DNA of 64,000 nucleotides from Macrostomum lignano (Eukaryota), in contig NIVC01001101.1 of assembly GCA_002269645.1 (NCBI GenBank), forward strand, positions 1 through 64,000, in the 5' to 3' direction. Shown in pieces: positions 1 to 11,264 of this stretch. Numbering within the stretch: position 1 is the stretch's first letter; each line of letters begins with the position of its first letter. The translations under genes and the position numbers were made by a program. Below the pieces are notes generated by a model. The model was not told where the DNA came from and ran no database searches. It saw nothing but the letters and a program-made list of their open reading frames with translations.

Positions 1-10
1 CTGATATGAG

Positions 11-183
<173 letters not shown>

Positions 184-208
184 CATCACCTTCTCCCATC
201 CACCCCAG

Positions 209-499
209 GTTCTGAAGCCGCAGCACTCAGCCCAGTTCCTGCGTTTCTGGTTCGGCTATTACCTGCGTCACCACGCGCACTGCCGACTGCAGGAGCCGCT
301 GCTGCAGCGAAGCCAGCGAATGCTCATTGACGAGACGCAGAGCATCGAGGCGCAGCTGCGCTCGGCAGCCACAGCCAGTCACCAGCGCAACGCCTCAGCT
401 CTCGCCGCCGAGGCCGCTGCAAAGCGAGCAGCAGCTAGCGGCAGCAGCGGGGGATCCAGCTCCAGCGTGGCGCGACAGGCGGAAGCCGCCAGAGTTTGA
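209..499 (+). CDS. Terminal coding exon of a myotubularin-family phosphatase (MTM1/MTMR2-like)
   Basis: Follows the acceptor ccttctcccatccaccccAG (207-208). Reads VLKPQHSAQFLRFWFGYYLRHHAHCRLQEPLLQRSQRML...ARV*, matching the myotubularin C-terminal pattern VLxP..S...L.LW..YY.R followed by a coiled coil. Not in the ORF track because it has no start codon. Confidence 0.8.
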   Translation, partial: VLKPQHSAQFLRFWFGYYLRHHAHCRLQEPLLQRSQRMLIDETQSIEAQLRSAATASHQRNASALAAEAAAKRAAASGSSGGSSSSVARQAEAARV

Positions 500-1671
500 T
501 TTTGAGATGAACTGACGGCTCCTTCAGCTGATCCCCATGCTGTTGGAAAAGTAGCTGAACATTTTATACTGCTTAGCCTGGCTTATTTCAGTTATATGGA
601 TATTTATAGTCTGCAGGTGTGCGTATTTTGATTCTAAATATTTGTGTTTCACGAGATTCACAGCCATTAGGGTCAAGCCTAAGACACAGAAGCCGCTGTA
701 CACCCCGAGTGAGCGCTCTGTATGAGTACAGCACTGCGTACAAACAAAATCGTTCGACCTTTTTAAAACGATGTCTAAATTGTCAAATAATGGACCCTGA
801 ATTGAGAGTGTTTGTGCAATGTGCATGCTTTGATAGTAATCCTTGAAATTTTTATTTGTATTCAAGACTGAGAATTGCCAGTGCTTGTAGTTTTTAATAA
901 ACATATTTCCAGCTTCCAAATTTGAACTTTTATTTCTTAATTCACATAAGCAGACAGACTTTGACTTGCATGATTGATTTATTTTTACTAGTGTCTATTC
1001 AATTTTTAAACAGCATTCTCGTTGCATGCTACTTGCTTATTGGTCGGTAAGTAGTTGGACTTAAATAAAATATTCTATGGTAATCAAGAACAGTAATCAG
1101 TGATTTTCTTATCTTAAATGGCTTCTTTTTGTTCTTGGCTTACTCGGGTCAGCAATCTGCTCTCAACTCTATTTTGCAAGTACCACACATTAATTTAATA
1201 ATCTTACAATATTTGTTATTAAAAATTGTATTTTTGTACATTCGGAAATTCTAGTTACTCCCAAATGTACCCTGTTGTTCAATAATGATTTTCGCGAAAA
1301 AAAATTGTTTTAAGAAACATCCAGTGTTACGCAGTATTTTGACGGATCCATTCTATCTTTAACTGTTGATTTATGTTGTTTGTCTTGATTGTAAATTATT
1401 AATAAATCAAAGGTTAATTAATTTTATTCATATCTAATGCATGGAGTTTTACCGACAAAATGCTGCAAGTTTTTACAACTGCACTTTTTCATTTAAAAAT
1501 ATGCGTATATACTACTGTAAGTAGGTCACTATATGGTTCTCTTGTTTTGCTCGAAACAAAAAAATGTACAGTCTACCATTAGTAAGCGACATCAAAATAT
1601 CGACTGAATTTTTTAATTCTACCGATAGAATACTACTATAAGTAGCATACTAAAATTTAAAAGCTAGAAAA

Positions 1672-1760
1672 ATAGAGATAGATTGATAGATAGAAGATAG
1701 ATAGATAGATAGATGGATAGATGGTGAGATAAATGGATAGGTAGATAGATAGATCGATAC
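1672..1760. repeat. Degenerate (GATA)n microsatellite
   Basis: Imperfect gatagataga run. Confidence 0.85.
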
Positions 1761-2289
1761 TTGACGATTCATAATAGAATCACTAGATAGTTTTCTTGTT
1801 TTACTCCAAACATTTAAAAATAATATTCAAGAAGTCTACTATTAGTAGGCAACATCAAAACATGTAAAAAAATTTTGTTACTACTAACAGAAAGCTACTA
1901 AAAGTACCACACAAAAATTTTAAAATAAAAACTTTCAGACAACACCAGAGCAGCTGCAATGCCGCACAGTGTGCGGCCAGGGCGCCGTTCGTTGCGTCAG
2001 ATTTAACGCCGACGCAATTACTGCCTTACTGGCGGCGCGGACAAGTCTTTGAAGCTGTGGAATCCAGCCAAATCCCTGCTGCTCAGGTCGTATCTTGGCC
2101 ACGGTCAGGAGGTGTTGGCTGTGGCCTGCGCCTGCGACAATGCCAATCTGGCTAGCGGGGCGAGGATAAAATGGTGGCTTATTGGGACACGGCTAGCGGT
2201 ACCGCCGTGCGAAAGTGAGGGCTTAGAGGCTTTGCTTTTTAAGTGTCTTCTGTTTGTTCTAGAAAGGCCAGTCTATCTTAGAGAATCTC

Positions 2290-2645
2290 CAGGCATCTAT
2301 AAGACTCTCCAGTCATATGAGAATTTCAGTCATCTATAAGAGTCCCCAGTCCATCTATAAGAGTCCCCAGTCCATCTATAAGAGTCCCCAGTCCATCTAT
2401 GAGAGTCCCCAGTCCATCTATGAGAGTCTCCAGTCATCTATGAGAGTCCCCAGTCCATCTATGAGAGTCCCCAGTCATCTATGAGAGTCCCCAGTCCATC
2501 TATGAGAGTCCCCAGTCCATCTATGAGAGTCCCCAGTCCATCTATGAGAGTCCCCAGTCCATCTATGAGAGTCCCCAGTCCATCTATGAGAGTCCCCAGT
2601 CCATCTATGAGAGTCCCCAGTCATCTGAGAATCTCCAGTCATCTA
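2290..2645. repeat. 21-bp minisatellite (GAGAGTCCCCAGTCCATCTAT) in WDR83 intron 1
   Basis: About 15 tandem units with degenerate edges. Confidence 0.92.
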
Positions 2646-2915
2646 CCGGTATAAGACTTCTTTAAGTCTACATATGTTTTAGACATATGCATAAGAGTCC
2701 ATACGCACTGTTGTGTCTAAGTCCTACGATGTTCTCCAGTCCATGTACTGCAGTAGTTATACGCTGAGTCCTTCATGCCATTTAAATGTCTCTTTTATCC
2801 CAATAAATGCTGCATCGAGTCCTCCCCACCTGTCCACCTGCCTGCGCAGATACCGCAGCCACCTGGCTCGAGTTGGCGCATTGGACTTCAGTCCGGACGC
2901 CACCCTGCTGGCCAG

Positions 2916-4018
2916 CAGTGTTGGGCACTTCCGTTACCGAGTAACTTGCAAATGGTAACGCAAGTTACTTTTTCGTAAAGCGTTCCTTACGCAAGTTACT
3001 TTTTTATTTTAGTAACGGAGTAACGGTAAGTTACTCAAATTTCGGAAGTCCGTTACAGTTACTTTGCAACAATCGCAATATTTAAATTAAAAACTGAAAT
3101 GCTTAGCTAGTACGCCGGTTGTCACATGTTTTTGCATTTTTCATTCATAAATTCAAAATTAAGTGAATAGTATCATATGGTATTGCGTTTAATTAATGAA
3201 GAAATACTTGAAACATGTTTTACTTTGTTAATATTGGTAAAATATTTTCGCCTTTCATTGAGGCTTTTCATATTACCAATTCCAGAATCAGAATCGGTTC
3301 GGATCTTCCAAGAAAAACAGCAGTATAACTATTTAATTCTGTTGAATGTTTGACTGCCTTAACAACCTCACATAGCACAATTTTTCACTTTCTTCTTAGC
3401 GATTTTCATTCAATAATAAAAACTTTATAGCACGTATCTCCCTCTAGTTATGGAGACAAAAGTTATACTTCACAAATTGGTTCTGATTCTGGAACCAGAA
3501 CTAGCTATATGAAAAGGCCCATTTTCGTTACTAAAAATTTTCAAGTTTGATTCAAACAAACAACCAAAGAAAGAAATTCATCTGTAGCCTCCACAAGTCC
3601 CTCCACTGGCACTGCAGTACACTACACCATTTTATACAGTTCTATTTATTTTACTCTATTGAATTATTGATATTCGTTTATTTTATCATTTATAATTTTA
3701 ATTATTGATTGCCATTGCCCATTGGTCCTTCTATTTGCCTCACATCGTGTCGCCAATTCCTGTCTCTGTCTGTTAATCGGTTAATCCCAATGCCCAATGG
3801 CAAATTTCGGTAACAACAATGTGAAAAAATGTGCAATGTGAAAAAAGCAGAAAATTTTGTTAATAACATGGGTAACGGAAGTGAGTAACGGACAGTAACT
3901 TAAAAGTTACCAGGTTTTTGTCTAAAGTTACTAGGCTAACGTAAGTTACTTTTTAAAAATTGGTAACTTAAGTTACAGTAACGCAAGTTACTTTTTTTAA
4001 GTAACTTGCCCAACACTG
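2916..4018. mobile_element. Non-autonomous hAT DNA transposon (1103 bp)
   Basis: TIR CAGTGTTGGGCA...TGCCCAACACTG. 8-bp TSD CTGGCCAG at 2908-2915 and 4019-4026. Subterminal GTAAC/GTTAC repeats. The empty site is present in WDR83 copy 2 at about 35733. Confidence 0.93.
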
Positions 4019-5349
4019 CTGGCCAGCGGTTCAGTGGACTGCACAGTCCGCCTGTGGGATCTGCGCAGTAAAGCTCAAGCGCCTGTGCAGCTGCTCACCG
4101 ATGCCAGGGACTCCGTCACGGCGGTGGCTGTTCACTCCTGGCGAATCTATACGGCTAGTCTGGATGGACGCTTGCGCTGCTACGATGCCAGGAAAGGTGC
4201 CGTTGCTGAGGGGCTTTGGTTTGAAATCTGTTTTGTTAAAAAGTATATATGTGCCATTTGGTGTACATGTAGACCTCACAAGGACCGCTGTTCATTCCTG
4301 CGTCAGTCAGGATCGTGAGCCGATTGGGAAGAATGGCCCTCAGCGCTACCTGTGGACGATGCGCCGAAGGCAGTCATTATTTAAGAGAGCTGGGCCTGAC
4401 CTCAAATCAAGCTTGAGTATTTCGAAATGAGACTCATGACTTTGATTTGCGATTTGTAAACAACTTTTCTCTTTTGCTACGCGCAGTGTCTCTTTCCTTA
4501 TCAGTTCTACCATAGTTTACTTTGCAGGGCAGTTGTACTCGAGCAGTGTCTCAGATCGAGGCAACAGCCGAGCCATAAATGAACCCCGCAGGCCGCCTCG
4601 CAGAGGACAATCTGTGCAAGCCTCTGATCGGCCTGTGCGCCACCCGCGATGGCCGGTGCATTCTGGCCAGCTGCTCCGATGCCAGACTCCGCCTCATCGA
4701 CCGGGACACTGGCGACCTGCTGGCCAGCTACTCGGGTCACAGCGTGGCCGATCTGTCAGTTGAATGCGACGTGTCCGCGGGAGACTCGCTGGTTCTGTCC
4801 GGCTCGGCTGGCGGCTCTGGCGAGCTGATCTGCTGGGATCTGCTCAGCGGCGAGCTGCGGTGCAGGCTGAGGCATCCCGCAGCTGAGCCCGCCAGGGCTG
4901 GAGTCAGGACTCAGGCTTCGGTGGTGCAGTCTGTGTCGGCTCATCCGAAACTGTGCAGAGTTCTCACCGCGATGGGCGATGCCGTGTTCTTGTGGGCAGA
5001 TCCGGCCCATGCTATCGCTGATGAGCCTCAGTGACCTCTCGTGTCGTCTAGTGAAGTTTTTAATAAACTGCATTTTTCTAGTATTTCTGCTGTCTGTGCA
5101 GACTAAATTTATCCTTTGCTGTAATGTACTGTGCTATTACAAGTGGAGCTATGGCGTTTCTCAATAAAACCTAATGATTATCGTTTTCATATTTAGAAAA
5201 TAGCAAGCAAGCAATTTTTTTCATTTTTTGTATATTTGGATTTAAGGCTGGCTCAGGCTCAGCTGCTTTAGTTTAGGAACGCTCTAAATATATGATTGTT
5301 GAAGCAGTATTTTTAGATTTTGTGTTTTAAACAGGAAACATCAGAGTGA

Positions 5350-5510
5350 AATAGTGACAAGACTACAAATTGATGAGTGACAAGGCAGCTACAAATCGTT
5401 GTTGCTCAGTGCTACTACAACTTGATATCAGTTACAGGGCTACAACAAATTAATACGAATGACAAGACTACTATGGATTTGAAATAGTTCAAATGGCTAC
5501 TAAAAGTTTA
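5350..5510. repeat. Degenerate ~28-bp tandem motif (gctactacaaatcgatatgagtgacaag), a marker of the duplication units
   Basis: Homologous blocks at about 18955-19160, 27800-27845 plus 28860-29075, and 37270-37440. Confidence 0.7.
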
Positions 5511-5667
5511 TTAGGTTGAAAGAGCTGCTACTCCAGTCGTTTCTCGTCGTGATGGTCGAGTGTCTCTGGCACCGCCGCGCGATGCTATGGTTTCACATTC
5601 ATGTTTATGTTTATCTTAATATGCATAATGACGTTCATCGCCATATTCATATTGACCTTCATATTCA

Positions 5668-7493
5668 TCTTCTTCTTCTTCTTCTTCTCCGTTTATCGCC
5701 TTGCGGCGTGGAGTGAACAGCGTCAGGCTTCACCGCAAGTGCGTTTGTGTCGCGCCATGTTTGTCGCCGATAACGTTCTTCCGCACTTGTCGCATTCTGC
5801 TGTCTTCCTTCGGTATTTTCTTGCTCTTCTCTTGTTCTCCTCCATCTCCGGTGGATTGTGGTGTTGTTCTTTACATGTCTTTCTGTGCCTCGCTAGGTTC
5901 GATTTTACGATTGTGCTTCCACATTGCTGACATTTTACTCTTGACGCATCTATTTCCGTCTCGCCTTGGCACACCTTCTCATGGTTTGCCAGGGTCGCTT
6001 CCTGTCGGAACTCCTTGTCGCATTTGTGGCATCTGAATTTCACCGGCTCTTTAAACACGCGATGCATCCTCTTTTGGTGGATGGTTAGTCCGCCCTTGCT
6101 TTTACACACTTTGCCGCAGAGTTCGTATTCGCATTTGAAGCCATCTCCAACCTCTCTCGGGTTCGTTTTTACGTGGTACCGTTCTTGACTTCGTTCGATC
6201 AGGCTGTTGTTACTGTCCGTCTTGGCCTTTTTTCCTTGCACTCTCTCCCACTCTTGTAGGTGTACAGTCCGCTGGTGTACTACGTTCCGCCAGTGTTTCC
6301 TGTCTAGAACGTGGCGTTCGATGTCTTGCGGTTCCATACCGGCTTCCCGGATGAGGCGCTTCCAGTAGGATATGGTGTTGTTTTTCCGTTTTTTGCGCTT
6401 AGGGATCCTTTCCAGGCCTCTGTACCACCCTAATACGGCTTGCTTTATTTGTCTGTCGTCTTCCATCCGTAGGACGTGGCCAATCCTTTTTAGGTGACTT
6501 TTCTCAATCTTTGTTCTTAATGACACAACACCTAGTTCGTTGCGGATATCTTGCATATTTACTCCTAGGCTTTCCATTTCGCGCAGCGGTTCCATTCTCT
6601 TGTTGGACCAAATGTTGCGGTATGTTTTGTCGATGAACTGTTGCATTTTTTTGATTTCGCCGAGCAGGAACGGGCGGGTGTTCGCATGGAACAGGAGTAC
6701 ACTTTCCACGCACGCCTCGACCACTTTAGCTTGTGTGGTCTTTTTCAGGCGGCATCGATGGAACCTTTTCCTGATCGCATTCCACGCTTTGGCGGCTCTC
6801 TGGATTCTTTGCTGTGTGTCGTATCTCCTATCCATCCACGACCCTAGGATGCGAGTTTTACCTCCGACGGATGTTCCTAGGGCCATCTCCTCCTGTTTCT
6901 CGTCATTTGTCAGTTCTTCGAACTTCTTCATATTCTCTTTGGTCGTTGTTAGGCTTCTCGTCAGTTCTCTGCCATTGCCTAGGATGGTGGTGTCGTCTGC
7001 AAAGAGCGATGAGGTCCACTTGACCGTTCGCATCTCCGAGTTGTACTGGTTGATTCTCTGAGGTGGCAAGGAGTGTCCAGGTAAGTACGTCCATTCCACC
7101 CCGCAGCTTAATCCTCTGCTGGCCGCTTCTGTCTCCCGAGTTTCTTCCGCTTTCCTGATGCTCGCCTGGTGGTAGATGTTAAATAATATCGGGGAAGTTG
7201 GGCATCCCTCGCGTAAGCCTCGCTCGGGTAGCCATGTTTCGCTTGATTTCTCCTTGCCTTGCACTTTATACGCGGTATGTTCATGCAGGTCTTTCAGTTT
7301 TTCGATCGTCTCTTGCGGCATCTTGTACGCTTGGAGGATTCCCCACAGGATCGGCTTGCACACTCTCGGATATGCCTTACGGAGGTCTAGGAGGATTGCC
7401 GTTTCTGTGTCTTCGATGTTGCAGTCTCCTGATGCTCTTTTTGTTTCCAGGTACTCGGCAATGTCCTCGTGCATCCTGGTGAATATCTGTGCG
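5668..7493 (-). mobile_element. 5'-truncated RTE-clade non-LTR retrotransposon (RT plus four C-terminal zinc fingers, (GAA)n tail)
   Basis: ORF 5723..7780 contains DLRKAYPRV, GLREGCPTSPILFNIY, LFADD and KRIGHVLRMEDDR. Stop at 5723-5725, about 35-nt 3'UTR, then a (GAA)~7 tail. The ORF N-terminus (7494-7780) is host repeat read out of frame. Confidence 0.88.
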
Positions 7494-9365
7494 TTCGTCT
7501 TCATCTTCATCTTCGTCTTCATCTTGATCTTCGTCTTCATCTTGATCTTGATCTTCGTCTTCATATTGATTTGGATCTTCGTCTTCATATTGATTTGGAT
7601 CTTCGTCTTCATCTTGATCTTGATCTTCGTCTTCATATTGATTTGGATCTTCGTCTTCATATTGATTTGGATCTTCGTCTTCATCTTGATCTTGATCTTC
7701 GTCTTCATATTGATTTGGATCTTCGTCTTCATATTGATTTGGATCTTCGTCTTCATATTCATCATCGTATTCAAAGTCATCTCTGTTCACAAATTCGATT
7801 CGCCAGGTTGTAACAATTACTCGACCATTCTCCACCTTTGCCGCTTTGTACTGAACACCTGCATCGGAGGACAGGATGTACTGCGGTGTTTCTGATGTCG
7901 GCCACAGTGTGAGTGAAGGTGCGCAGGGAGCCAGTTGAAATTCAGCTGGAACAGAGTTCTCCCCAGCCACGGCATAGGCATGGTCTTTTGTGTCACTGCA
8001 CAAGCCCGGCGTCTGGCATGGTCCCATATAGAACGACCTTGAGTTGATCAGCTTCTTAGTAATGATGCAGATAGTGAAAACATTCCACCTATCAGACAAG
8101 AACAGCATCTGGTCTCTGACTGACATTTTCGAACCATCTCTCATGAGCTCACAACCACTGGGTATGGGAAAAGCCAGTTGAACCTTACCAGAGTCTTTCT
8201 CGACTCCCACAATGGCCAGATGTCGATCTGGCTTTTCAATTAGAGCAAACAGCTTGTCGCAGTTTCCAGCAATGCACCACAGCTCCGTAGCGCCTTCGTG
8301 CAACTCGGTGATGCAGATTCTTGACTTGAGAGCTCCGCTGAGGTCGGTCACTGTCACCGATGTCTCCTGAGAGATGAACAGCAGCTGTCGCTGATTGTCG
8401 CAGTGTAGATCTCGGATCGGCTGATCGGCCGCCCAGCTGCACGTGAGGCGTCCAACTTCTTTTGCATCATCGGAGAGCAGCAAAATTTTAAACGCCATGT
8501 CATTCGGGCTTGAACTGCTTTCATCATCTATTGTCGCTGAGAGGAGTTGCTGTCCTTGATCAGCTTCAGGAAGGACAGCTACAAAGATACTGGGCTGTGG
8601 CATACAGTCGCTGCTATCCCCATTAGCCTTCTTAATCACACCTGACTGGTCAATGACAAAACCTGTGGTGTTGCTGCACACTGTTAGGCATACTGCAGTT
8701 GTTAGCACCTCTGCCTTGCTTATTCTCTCTTCTGCTCGAAGTGCAATTTCTTCATCAAAACGCCTAGAATCAGCAGCAGCATCAAACTGCTCAGCGAGTT
8801 TTCTGAGTAAAACCAACTCAGCTCTCAGTCCGGTCTCAAGCTCTCTTATTCTCGAGTTCAAATCCGGGTAAGCTGCGATTTCGACTGTCTGACTTTCCTC
8901 ATCCAATCTCACCAGATTTGAGTCCAGCTGCAATGTCTTCAGCGATCTCTCCATGCTCTTGTTGATGAGGAAGGCCTGCCTCGTGTTTTTGTCATCCTTG
9001 GCTCTCTTTAGCTCTTTTTCAAAGTCATTCATGTCTGAGACAATTAACAGATGGTCAATGAGCTGGTCATGCTGCTTGGTAACGACAGCAACGAGCTCAC
9101 TTTGACACCTGTCCAATGTCTCTCTCAGGTCGGTAAAGGTGTCGTCGAGCAGCTGTAGGTCGGATGTGAGTCTCTGCTGCATCAGTCTCATGGGCTCCTG
9201 GTACTTCTTGAAGAGCTGCACTTTGTGGGCTACTCTGAGTTCAGCCTCGTCTACTTCGATGAAGTCTTGCTGCATGTGCAGGTCGCAGAGAGGCTGGCAG
9301 GTTACAAGCGACTCGCCAACAGCGGGACTGCGGCAGAGGCGCATTGAACAACGAGCGGGTTGCAT
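7377..9365 (-). CDS. Intronless B-box-like + coiled-coil + putative beta-propeller + acidic tail protein (RING-less TRIM-like), paralog A; C-terminus interrupted by the RTE at about 7494
   Basis: 662-aa ORF. N-terminal C-x4-C...C-x3-C-x2-H, then a helical heptad-rich region, then repeated beta-rich segments (IRDLHCDNQRQLLFISQ, KMSVRDQMLFLSD). The original end EYEGQYEYGDERHYAY* lies at 5616-5667. Domain names are inferred. Confidence 0.75.
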   Translation of the reverse strand: MQPARCSMRLCRSPAVGESLVTCQPLCDLHMQQDFIEVDEAELRVAHKVQLFKKYQEPMRLMQQRLTSDLQLLDDTFTDLRETLDRCQSELVAVVTKQHDQLIDHLLIVSDMNDFEKELKRAKDDKNTRQAFLINKSMERSLKTLQLDSNLVRLDEESQTVEIAAYPDLNSRIRELETGLRAELVLLRKLAEQFDAAADSRRFDEEIALRAEERISKAEVLTTAVCLTVCSNTTGFVIDQSGVIKKANGDSSDCMPQPSIFVAVLPEADQGQQLLSATIDDESSSSPNDMAFKILLLSDDAKEVGRLTCSWAADQPIRDLHCDNQRQLLFISQETSVTVTDLSGALKSRICITELHEGATELWCIAGNCDKLFALIEKPDRHLAIVGVEKDSGKVQLAFPIPSGCELMRDGSKMSVRDQMLFLSDRWNVFTICIITKKLINSRSFYMGPCQTPGLCSDTKDHAYAVAGENSVPAEFQLAPCAPSLTLWPTSETPQYILSSDAGVQYKAAKVENGRVIVTTWRIEFVNRDDFEYDDEYEDEDPNQYEDEDPNQYEDEDQDQDEDEDPNQYEDEDPNQYEDEDQDQDEDEDPNQYEDEDPNQYEDEDQDQDEDEDQDEDEDEDEDERTDIHQDARGHCRVPGNKKSIRRLQHRRHRNGNPPRPP
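7494..7770 (-). repeat. 24-bp coding minisatellite with a 72-bp higher-order unit (EDEDPNQY, EDEDPNQY, EDEDQDQD)x3
   Basis: Visible directly in the translation of ORF 7377..9365. Confidence 0.92.
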
Positions 9366-9997
9366 GATTTTCTGCTGGTAGGCGCTTTGAGTAGGAACTG
9401 CGCTAGTGCGTTGCAGCTTTTCTCTTCGTAACTTTTATGCTCTGGTTGTAGAGAGGAGTATTCATAGTCTAGTGTGTGCTCGTATAGTATACATGTATTG
9501 TGATTGGGAAAATACTGTACAGTACTAAATGGGAAGCAGGCATTTTAATATTAATACATTTACGTAGCTTTCCCAACCCTATGGAGAGAAATTACTGAGA
9601 CAACGAGACTTAAGAGACGTAAAGGATCTAAACTGCACAATTGTACGAGTGGGAAAAACTGTCTTACTTGAATGGCTTTTTATATCGATTTATTCTGCTA
9701 CTGAACCGTGCATATTTGTCTGCTCCATAGGACTTATTCCTCCCTACGAGGCTGTGGTTTTCATTTAATCGATCTTAAATAGATTGAAAAAATAGGATAA
9801 AAATTTACACTTATTTATTGTGAGAATTACAAAGTAAAGGAGATATGCACGTCAGGGTTATTTTCATTGGCATGAATTGGCTTTGCTTAAAAAGATGTGA
9901 AAAGCCAATTCGTTGCTACTACTCATAGTAAATCCGGCGCTCCATACGAAACCATTAATGTCAGGTTATTCCCAAAAACCGATATCTGCAGTTGACT

Positions 9998-11131
9998 TCA
10001 GCTAGTTGTGCCAGCGTGGCACCAGCGGGCATCAGACGAAGGGCGAGACGCACTCGCACAGAACGAATGATAGGCAGTGCCTGTCTCGGTATAGTCGGTC
10101 AGACCAGCTACACTACATGTATGGAATCTGAATATAACGTTTTCGTTAATGCTCATCGTCAAGAGATTAATGCTCATCGTCAAGCGATTAATGCTCATCG
10201 TCAAGAGATTAATGCTCATCGTCAAGAGATTAATGCTCATCGTCAAGAGATTAATGCTCATCGTCAAGAGAATAATGCTCATCGTCAAGCGATTAATGCT
10301 CATCGTCAAGCGATTAATGCTCATCGTCAAGAGATTAATGCTCATCGTCAAGAGATTAATGCTCATCGTCAAGAGATTAATGCTCATCGTCAAGAGATTA
10401 ATGCTCATCGTCAAGAGAATAATGCTCATCGTCAAGAGATTAATGCTCATCGTCAAGAGATTAATGCTCATCGTCAAGAGATTAATGCTCATCGTCAAGA
10501 GAATAATGCTCATCGTCAAGAGAATAATGCTCATCGTCAAGAGATTAATGCTCATCGTCAAGAGATTAATGCTCATCGTCAAGAGATTAATGCTCATCGT
10601 CAAGAGAATAATGCTCATCGTCAAGAGAATAATGCTCATCGTCAAGAGATTAATGCTCATCGTCAAGAGAATAATGCTCATCGTCAAGAGATTAATGCTC
10701 ATCGTCAAGAGATTAATGCTCATCGTCAAGAGATTAATGCTCATCGTCAAGAGATTAATGCTCATCGTCAAGAGATTAATGCTCATCGTCAAGAGATTAA
10801 TGCTCATCGTCAAGAGATTAATGCTCATCGTCAAGAGATTAATGCTCATCGTCAAGAGATTAATGCTCATCGTCAAGCGATTAATGCTCATCGTCAAGAG
10901 ATTAATGCTCATCGTCAAGAGAATAATGCTCATCGTCAAGAGATTAATGCTCATCGTCAAGAGATTAATGCTCATCGTCAAGAGATTAATGCTCATCGTC
11001 AAGAGATTAATGCTCATCGTCAAGAGATTAATGCTCATCGTCAAGAGATTAATGCTCATCGTCAAGAGATTAATGCTCATCGTCATGAAAAAGAGATTAA
11101 GGCTCATCGTCAGGAGATTAATGCTCGTCAC
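9998..11131 (-). pseudogene. Third C-type lectin copy, inverted and internally deleted, with its 5' 21-bp motif amplified
   Basis: The ORF end ENVIFRFH..VAGLTD matches lectin ENVIFRFHGVAGLSD. The 3' flank gtcaactgcaga...ggaataac matches the flanks of the lectins at 15.9 and 62.0 kb. The repeat unit matches the lectin 5' coding motif. Confidence 0.82.
10147..11084. repeat. 21-bp minisatellite, 44 full units (TAATGCTCATCGTCAAGAGAT)
   Basis: 10147-11070 equals 44 x 21 bp, with variants GAG/GCG and ATT/AAT. Confidence 0.97.
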
Positions 11132-11264
11132 TTTTGTGCGCCACTTCTGATATTTTATATTTAATCATCAAACATAGCCAAAGAGAAAGGGAGGGAGAGA
11201 CGGGAGTGCGACAGTAGAACAGCAATTCCAGAAATTGAGTACTTTTAAAGGGATAGCGAGGTTT

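Larger units (their letters stand above)
1939..5034 (+). pseudogene. WDR83: WDR83/MORG1 WD40 protein, copy 1; exons about 1939-2214, 2850-4196 (split by a hAT element) and 4592-5034
   Basis: CGQGAVRCVRFN, LKLWNP...SYLGHGQEV, DCTVRLWDLRS, SLDGRLRCYD, LRLIDRDTGDLLASYSGH and VVQSVSAHP match WDR83. GT/AG sites at 2215, 2849, 4197 and 4591 keep phase. Two 1-nt G losses in exon 1 (about 2014 and 2160) and a 1.1-kb insertion in exon 2. Start codon not located. Confidence 0.88.

Noticed and set aside
4528-4591. Upstream acceptor giving GQLYSSSV, which resembles human WDR83 GQLFSDYV
   Set aside because: It is 64 nt upstream of the 4592 acceptor and would frameshift the conserved remainder. The 4592 site aligns in frame.
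7494-7780. (MKTKIQIN)n N-terminus as part of the RTE protein
   Set aside because: It is the host acidic repeat read in another frame and fused by the 5'-truncated insertion.
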